Shown: in pieces, positions 58,326 through 64,000 of the stretch
Layout of the letters: every line of letters starts with the position of its first letter
Numbering within the stretch: position 1 is the first letter of the stretch
Source: Candidatus Omnitrophota bacterium
GTDB lineage: Bacteria > Omnitrophota > Gorgyraeia > Gorgyraeales > Gorgyraeaceae
Direction: 5' to 3'
Assembly (NCBI GenBank): GCA_018902915.1
Contig: JAHIPS010000106.1
Span: 5,504 to 69,503, forward strand
DNA length: 64,000 bases
The notes under the pieces: model-generated
The model's input: only the letters and a program-made list of their open reading frames with translations
The model's database searches: none
What the model was told of the DNA's origin: nothing
Program-made: the position numbers and the translations under genes

Positions 58326-58661
58326 TTAGTTCGCAACAAAAAGCCGGTTTATATCCTCGCTGAACTCAAGCGCAATCGCATCTTTTTCAACCCTCGCCAC
58401 CATGGCCTTGCCTGTAACACGGGAAAAAGGAAAGTCTCTTGCATCATCCCTGGGCACTGAAAGAGATATCCTCAACGTATCCTGGGGCTTTATATTCTTT
58501 ATTTCTATATCTGCTACATATGCCCCATTATAACTTACGTTAAGAGTAACTCCTTCCTGCTCATTATCTTTCCCGCTGGCTGAAACACGCCTGAGTATCA
58601 TTGGAAGAGATAGGTCCAACCTCTTAAACTGCCTCTTCTCTGAAAATTCGCCTGCCCTCAT
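58326..58661 (-). CDS. Stand-alone PilZ domain protein
   Basis: RQFKR (RxxxR) and NVSYNG (D/NxSxxG) c-di-GMP motifs. Confidence 0.88.
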   Translation of the reverse strand: MRAGEFSEKRQFKRLDLSLPMILRRVSASGKDNEQEGVTLNVSYNGAYVADIEIKNIKPQDTLRISLSVPRDDARDFPFSRVTGKAMVARVEKDAIALEFSEDINRLFVAN

Positions 58662-58687
58662 CTACACCCCTCCTTGGCGTTACTATA

Positions 58688-58716
58688 ATTATACTAATCA
58701 TACCATATATTGTCAA
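58688..58716 (-). promoter_or_regulatory. Sigma70 promoter of the PilZ-ABC-GH operon
   Basis: Minus strand TTGACA-N17-TATAAT (perfect consensus); AAGGAGG RBS downstream. Confidence 0.85.
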
Positions 58717-58777
58717 ATTATAAAAGCTTTTTTTTAAGTTTTTTTAAATGAGGCCACAGCTTATTCACAGCCCCCCT

Positions 58778-58812
58778 GTCATTGCGATCCGCCACAGGCG
58801 GAGAAGCATCTC
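58778..58812. repeat. GTCATTGCGA-type REP-like element
   Basis: GTCATTGCGA-TCCGCC-ACA-GGCGGA-GAAGCATCTC immediately after the giant ORF stop. Confidence 0.6.
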
Positions 58813-58813
58813 A

Positions 58814-61800
58814 TTAGAGGCTCATCCATGCCTTTCTGAACCCCTTTGACCTTAACACCTTAAATAAACTCTCCTCACCCATCTCCTCTCTAATCTCTAG
58901 AGCCCCAGCATTATCACTAGTAACAATACTGCCTATTCCTATGCCACATTGAGCAACTGCAATAGTTAAAGAAATTTCTGACAAAATATCGCACCCTGTT
59001 AAAGATAAAAGCTTATAACCTATTAAAAACAGAGGGAAAATAATAAAAATCTGTGTTAAAGGAGCAATAATTACCACGGCTAATCTTTCAAGTTTAAACC
59101 GAGAATCTTGCGACGGCATGGTTATATTTTTCTTCTCATTTTGTTTATAAAATCTAAAAGCGGAAAATATATGGATTAATACGTGAGTTAGGCTTGCAAA
59201 AAACATAGCTAAAACACCTATCGGTATAAATAATATTGCATTATATCCTTGTGGCGCACTAAAAAATCCCAGCAACGCTCCTACAGCTAAGTGCAAAAAC
59301 AAAACTTCTGTCAATATTTCACCCTTTTCTGACCAATATGAACGTATATAGCCCGCATTGACTAATTGATCTAAAGCCGCTCGCACTGCTGCGATATGTT
59401 CGGATATCCTGTGAAAGATATTTTTCATCGACACCAGAATCCTCTCTACCGTCTTATTCGAAGCAAGGGCTTTTTCAACTTCTTTTTTTTCTCTACTAAT
59501 GAGCCACTTTATCCCTTTATACACACCCTTCCCAAACTCAATCCATTCCTTCGGATTAAGTATGCCAAGTGAGTAAAGTGTTGTGCTTTTTTGAGAAGGG
59601 GTTATGGATAGATCTGCTACTTCAATCCCGAAGGCCTTTTCCCCTGTCTCATAAGGTCTATATAAAATTGAAAATTTTCTGTTTCTTGACTTGCCAAATT
59701 GAAAACGCCTTAATCCATAAGAACCAAAACCCTTAAATCCCAAATCAATCAATTCCCTTTCACTCAATGGCTCAATCCTATAGGGATCTTTAATCAATCT
59801 ACTAAAATGGTTCAAAAAGTTCTTTTTGTATTTTCTTGGCATCTTGCGTATTTTAATCTTTAATGCCCATATATAGAGCCAGCTGGCTCCTGAGAAGGGT
59901 CTAATATCACGTGGAAATGGCCATGGTAATTCTTCTTTTATAAAATCCTCCTTCTTCTTTAATAGCTTGTTCACAAATGCTTTAATAAACTTTCCGTCTT
60001 CGACTTTAGCCACCCTATTAGGCGAGAATGCTATTGACCCATCCACGACACCAAAATGGGCGCGATCTCCTGTCGGATCCCATATTGCAAAGACCCTGCC
60101 TTTAAACTTATGAACATCTCTTAATTGAAGCCCTTCCTCAATAACAAAACTTGCAACTCTTTCCATAGACGGCGGTATTAAAATGAATGGCCTACGAGCC
60201 TCTTTTCTAAATGTAACAGAAGGGTTCTCTTTTGCAAAATTCTTCAGAACAGGGATACTATTGATCCCCTCTTTCTTCTTTACTACGCCTGGCGGTTTTT
60301 TATAAGCATGGGCAAATACGTAAAAACTTGAACCTATCGAGAGTACGCCGGAAACGTTTGTCAAGTATGCCATAGGGATATATTGACCTTTAAACAATAA
60401 ACCAAGGCCGCCTAAGAACATAATCGATGAAAAAAGCTTATTTTTCTTTCTAAACCTGAGCAATAAGGAACCCGCGAAAACAGAGCATAATCCCACAAAC
60501 CCAGGCGTAAACCTGAATCCTGCAAGAACCGGCCCTGCTTCCGGCATCTGGGCAATGGCCAATACAGGGAATAGAACAAAAGGAATGGTCAAAAGCAGTA
60601 TCTTTGTAATATTAACCGGTTTCTTTTTAATACGAACTACTATGGACTTGTTAGAGGCAAGATTGTCACGTTCAGAAAAACGGTCGCTGGCGCTATTTGA
60701 CTGCGGATTTGTAATCCCTTCCGTTATTGTAAGATTTTGCTTCGGTACTGTAGCCCCCAGTATCCTTTTCTTATCTATATAAAATTTCAATTTTTCGATC
60801 GCGCTTCTGCTCATTTTTTCAAACGTAGTTACTAAATCCTCCTTTGCACGGTCAAACTTCCCAATGTTCTTCTCAGGCTGCCAGAAAGATAGTTCAATGT
60901 TCGAAATAAATAAGGCCTTTTGCTTTAATCCGCGCCATTCCTTATCAGAAAAAACCATGCCGTTTTTATAAAAACCTCTTCTTAGTTCCTTGAAAAACTT
61001 TTCTGATTCTTTTTTTACATATTCAGACCTGACTGCCTCTATAAGATAGAAGCATACGCTATTGTCAATATGGTTTTTGTATTCTTTTCGCTTTTGTTCA
61101 CTATCTACCAGTATCCCCATCGCAGATAACTGCCTTGAATAGGCCCTTGCCTCTGCAAGGCATCGCTCTGATGCATTAGGATGGCTTTTAAGCTTACCCT
61201 CTTTCCATTCCAGAAAGTGTTCTAATTCATGTATAACTATGGATGCTACCATCTCCGCGCCTTCATGAGAAAACGAGACTTCAAATCCTTTTGCTGAAAA
61301 ACGATAACCACCATTTGGGCTCTCATGCCTTTTAAAATTTAATGGAGTGTATATATTTAACCCTTCTTCAACCATATACTTATATTCTAAGGGCATTCTT
61401 TCTCTTATTAACTTAAGAGCTGAATTAAGAATTTCTCTTTTTTCCGAATTTACACCAATAATGTATGGCGGTCCATATTTTTTGTTTTTAGAAAAATTAT
61501 AGAGCTCTACATATTTGATTACAAAATTATTTGAAATTACATTCCCGGCTTTTCTGCTTAACATATAATCAACTGTACCTAACCCAATAGGCATCATTAT
61601 GAAAAAAATAAGCATAATAAACAAGATTTTGTAGTGTTGTATGGTTGATTTCTTTAAATACCTTTTCATCCCGGGTTTGTCGAGGTTGGAAACATTATGG
61701 CCTACACCTTCGTCTCCAGCAATATTTCTGCCTTTTCCTTTGAGATTATTATTAGATGAAAGCCTGGATGAATTTTGTCTGGATGTTTCTATTAAAACAT

Positions 61801-64000
61801 TGACAATTTTTTCGGCCCATATTTTTCCATCTTTTCCATATACTATCCTGTAACCATTATTTTCGTAAAATCTACGTGCTGATTTTAGCGGTATTGTGTA
61901 AATTTTCAAAACATGTTTTTCTCTAGCAATCTCCTCTACTTTATCTAAAAACAATGCACCTATACCATTATTTCTATATTTCTTATTAAGTGCTAAATTA
62001 CAAATAAAAATGCTTCTACCATTAATTCCACTGTCTATCTTATACTGTAACCCACCCATAACCTTATTTTTATCCAAAGCTATAAGCGTCTCTGCTTCAT
62101 CCTTAAAATACCTCGACATACGACCTTTGGATCCTAAGAAGCCTATCTTAATAAAATGTAGTAATTCTTTATAAGCTTTGATTTTTGTAGGATCACTAAC
62201 CCGTTGTATTTCTATCCGCATCAGTAGGTCAGAACTAGATATGTTTTTATGCAACCATTTTAACTGTAACAAATTAGCTATTGAAGTTGCTGCAATAGAT
62301 AGCAAACCCTTGATCCTTGCTATTAAAAGGTCTGGCTTAAGCATGCCTAATATAACTGCACCAACACTAATTCTAATGAGGGCCTTAAGGTCGATGACTC
62401 CAAAAAGGTGTAAGGATATAGCAAGGAGAGCGATTGCCGCACCAGCTACTGCTAGTTTTCTAAGTATCCTTACCTGTAATGAATACTTTTTTCCTCCGGC
62501 TGCTATTCTGTCTTTCTCTGCTATTTTGCCCTGTTTATCTGCTACAAAACTGAACATTAAAAGTAGCATGCTTGAAATTACCATTACATCCGCTAAATTC
62601 CAAACAATACCTATCGCTGGCGCATAAATATAATCAACCGCTCCTCCTAAACGTATTCCATCAAGTAAATTGCTCATCGCGCCGCCAAGCAGAAATGCAG
62701 CAACAAAAGGTAATATCTTGAACCAAAACCGTGACAATGCCTTTTGTAAAGGTTTTGTAGATTCACTCTTGGATATATATTCATGGTCAGCAGTAATCCA
62801 AAAGTACAAAAAACTAGGTAATGCGAAAAATAAAATTAAACTACTCACCGGAATATCACCAATAAATTCCTCTAATATTCTCTCAGTATGCAATGTATTA
62901 ACTAAATTAAGAGGCCTTGTCAGCGATTTCAGTTCTTCAAAACTCTGTAAAGGAAGATGGCTGTGGACATATAGTTTTACACCCTGATCAATTATAAATC
63001 CCCCTAAAGCAACAAAACCAATAGTCTTTATTCTCTTTAAAGAAAAGGCCTCTATCTTCTGTCCTAACCGCGTTTTGATAAGCCTGTTTGTCCATATCAT
63101 CTTTCCAATGCACCAAATAGAAAGGCTTAAGCAAACCGCATTCACAAAAGAGAAGATAGTTGCCTCTGGACTAATGAATGAACCAGAACCTAGAATATGT
63201 GGATTAAAGAACTCGACTAAGCTTATGGAAAACAGAGCGGAAAGAAAAACTGGTTTTATCTTCATTTTCTCCTCAACCCGCATCTTTGATGGCAAGGTCT
63301 TCAGAACGCCTTTGATTAAATAAACCAACATAGTTATAGGCGCAAATATTGCCTGAATTGTGCATGCTATGAATTCTTCCGCGCTTTCATTGAGATTGAA
63401 TGGCTGTAAGATAAAGTGTATCAGTTCATGCGGGAGCACAAAGAGTTTGTCGGACAGAGTGGCCTTTTCGTGAAAGCGGATCTTTCCGTTGGAGAACCAT
63501 GCAAGTATATCTTTTCCAGGCCCTGCCCTTTCAGGCACAGCCTTTAGTTCTGCTTCTCGCTTTGCTAAAATTCCTGCCTGATATTTCAGTATCCATGCTA
63601 TAAGCCTGAAAGCAAGAGCTGCAGGGATTAATATAATACTTGCATACAACCGTTTATTCTTGGACCATTTATTGTATTTTTCATAGGCTTTTTGGGTATA
63701 ATGGGAAGATATGTTTTTAGACTGTTCAGTATCGGTTTTAACTATAATCTTTGCTTCCTCGATTATTTCAACTCCTGGAGCGCCATATTTCAGAGCAAGT
63801 CTTTCTTCGTTGGTTGCATATCTACCAAACCAATCGTTTAGAAAATGACTTCGAGTTTCGTTTTCTCCTGCAAGTTCATATTCTTTCAGCTCCTTTTCTG
63901 TAAAACGGTCTATGATGCCCCTGGCAATCCTCGCGGCCTCTGGATTACTAGCCACACCTGTGAGTAACCGTATGAGAGCCTGCTTGGAGGCCTTATTGAT
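58814..64000 (-). CDS. C-terminal part of a giant mosaic membrane protein (HEXXH motifs, LspA-like, GNAT domains)
   Basis: Frame is open from 64000 (INKASKQALIRLLTGVASNP...), so the real start lies outside the window; many TM segments. Confidence 0.85.
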   Translation of the reverse strand: MNKASKQALIRLLTGVASNPEAARIARGIIDRFTEKELKEYELAGENETRSHFLNDWFGRYATNEERLALKYGAPGVEIIEEAKIIVKTDTEQSKNISSHYTQKAYEKYNKWSKNKRLYASIILIPAALAFRLIAWILKYQAGILAKREAELKAVPERAGPGKDILAWFSNGKIRFHEKATLSDKLFVLPHELIHFILQPFNLNESAEEFIACTIQAIFAPITMLVYLIKGVLKTLPSKMRVEEKMKIKPVFLSALFSISLVEFFNPHILGSGSFISPEATIFSFVNAVCLSLSIWCIGKMIWTNRLIKTRLGQKIEAFSLKRIKTIGFVALGGFIIDQGVKLYVHSHLPLQSFEELKSLTRPLNLVNTLHTERILEEFIGDIPVSSLILFFALPSFLYFWITADHEYISKSESTKPLQKALSRFWFKILPFVAAFLLGGAMSNLLDGIRLGGAVDYIYAPAIGIVWNLADVMVISSMLLLMFSFVADKQGKIAEKDRIAAGGKKYSLQVRILRKLAVAGAAIALLAISLHLFGVIDLKALIRISVGAVILGMLKPDLLIARIKGLLSIAATSIANLLQLKWLHKNISSSDLLMRIEIQRVSDPTKIKAYKELLHFIKIGFLGSKGRMSRYFKDEAETLIALDKNKVMGGLQYKIDSGINGRSIFICNLALNKKYRNNGIGALFLDKVEEIAREKHVLKIYTIPLKSARRFYENNGYRIVYGKDGKIWAEKIVNVLIETSRQNSSRLSSNNNLKGKGRNIAGDEGVGHNVSNLDKPGMKRYLKKSTIQHYKILFIMLIFFIMMPIGLGTVDYMLSRKAGNVISNNFVIKYVELYNFSKNKKYGPPYIIGVNSEKREILNSALKLIRERMPLEYKYMVEEGLNIYTPLNFKRHESPNGGYRFSAKGFEVSFSHEGAEMVASIVIHELEHFLEWKEGKLKSHPNASERCLAEARAYSRQLSAMGILVDSEQKRKEYKNHIDNSVCFYLIEAVRSEYVKKESEKFFKELRRGFYKNGMVFSDKEWRGLKQKALFISNIELSFWQPEKNIGKFDRAKEDLVTTFEKMSRSAIEKLKFYIDKKRILGATVPKQNLTITEGITNPQSNSASDRFSERDNLASNKSIVVRIKKKPVNITKILLLTIPFVLFPVLAIAQMPEAGPVLAGFRFTPGFVGLCSVFAGSLLLRFRKKNKLFSSIMFLGGLGLLFKGQYIPMAYLTNVSGVLSIGSSFYVFAHAYKKPPGVVKKKEGINSIPVLKNFAKENPSVTFRKEARRPFILIPPSMERVASFVIEEGLQLRDVHKFKGRVFAIWDPTGDRAHFGVVDGSIAFSPNRVAKVEDGKFIKAFVNKLLKKKEDFIKEELPWPFPRDIRPFSGASWLYIWALKIKIRKMPRKYKKNFLNHFSRLIKDPYRIEPLSERELIDLGFKGFGSYGLRRFQFGKSRNRKFSILYRPYETGEKAFGIEVADLSITPSQKSTTLYSLGILNPKEWIEFGKGVYKGIKWLISREKKEVEKALASNKTVERILVSMKNIFHRISEHIAAVRAALDQLVNAGYIRSYWSEKGEILTEVLFLHLAVGALLGFFSAPQGYNAILFIPIGVLAMFFASLTHVLIHIFSAFRFYKQNEKKNITMPSQDSRFKLERLAVVIIAPLTQIFIIFPLFLIGYKLLSLTGCDILSEISLTIAVAQCGIGIGSIVTSDNAGALEIREEMGEESLFKVLRSKGFRKAWMSL

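Noticed and set aside
1427-63323. Numerous plus-strand ORFs of 60-230 aa (e.g. 28692..29354, 35925..36611, 17888..18430)
   Set aside because: Antisense shadows of well-supported minus-strand genes; no recognisable motifs
63953-63955. GTG start of the 1713-aa ORF
   Set aside because: Frame stays open to the window edge, so this is probably an internal Val

Overview
Bacterial chromosomal window, almost entirely minus-strand coded. Gene content and a mosaic giant ORF at the right edge suggest Candidatus Omnitrophota/PVC (inference). In transcription order (right to left): (i) C-terminal >=1700 aa of a giant multidomain membrane protein; (ii) an operon with PilZ, sugar ABC SBP/permeases, two clan GH-A glycoside hydrolases, a carbohydrate-binding lipoprotein, a TPR/beta-barrel protein and a ROK regulator; (iii) an unusual RND system: TonB_C-TolC fusion, MFP, an AcrB-like pump with a C-terminal winged-helix domain and a second AcrB-like pump, followed by a coiled-coil protein, GspF/PilC, two pseudopilins, a divergent YchF, purH, folC, mnmE, folE; (iv) a ~27 kb Wzx/Wzy exopolysaccharide region that includes an HTH-HD-GYP protein and a secreted SLH-like protein with two phage-baseplate-like domains. 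Four near-consensus sigma70 promoters are visible. Best candidates for novelty: the RND-wHTH pump with five TGATACG direct repeats around its own promoter; the baseplate-domain surface protein; and a 23-bp palindromic repeat family that supplies stop codons to three genes and sits in frame, with its stop codons mutated away, inside an RND gene. No rRNA, tRNA, CRISPR array or transposase recognised. All product calls come from motif recognition by eye, not database searches.
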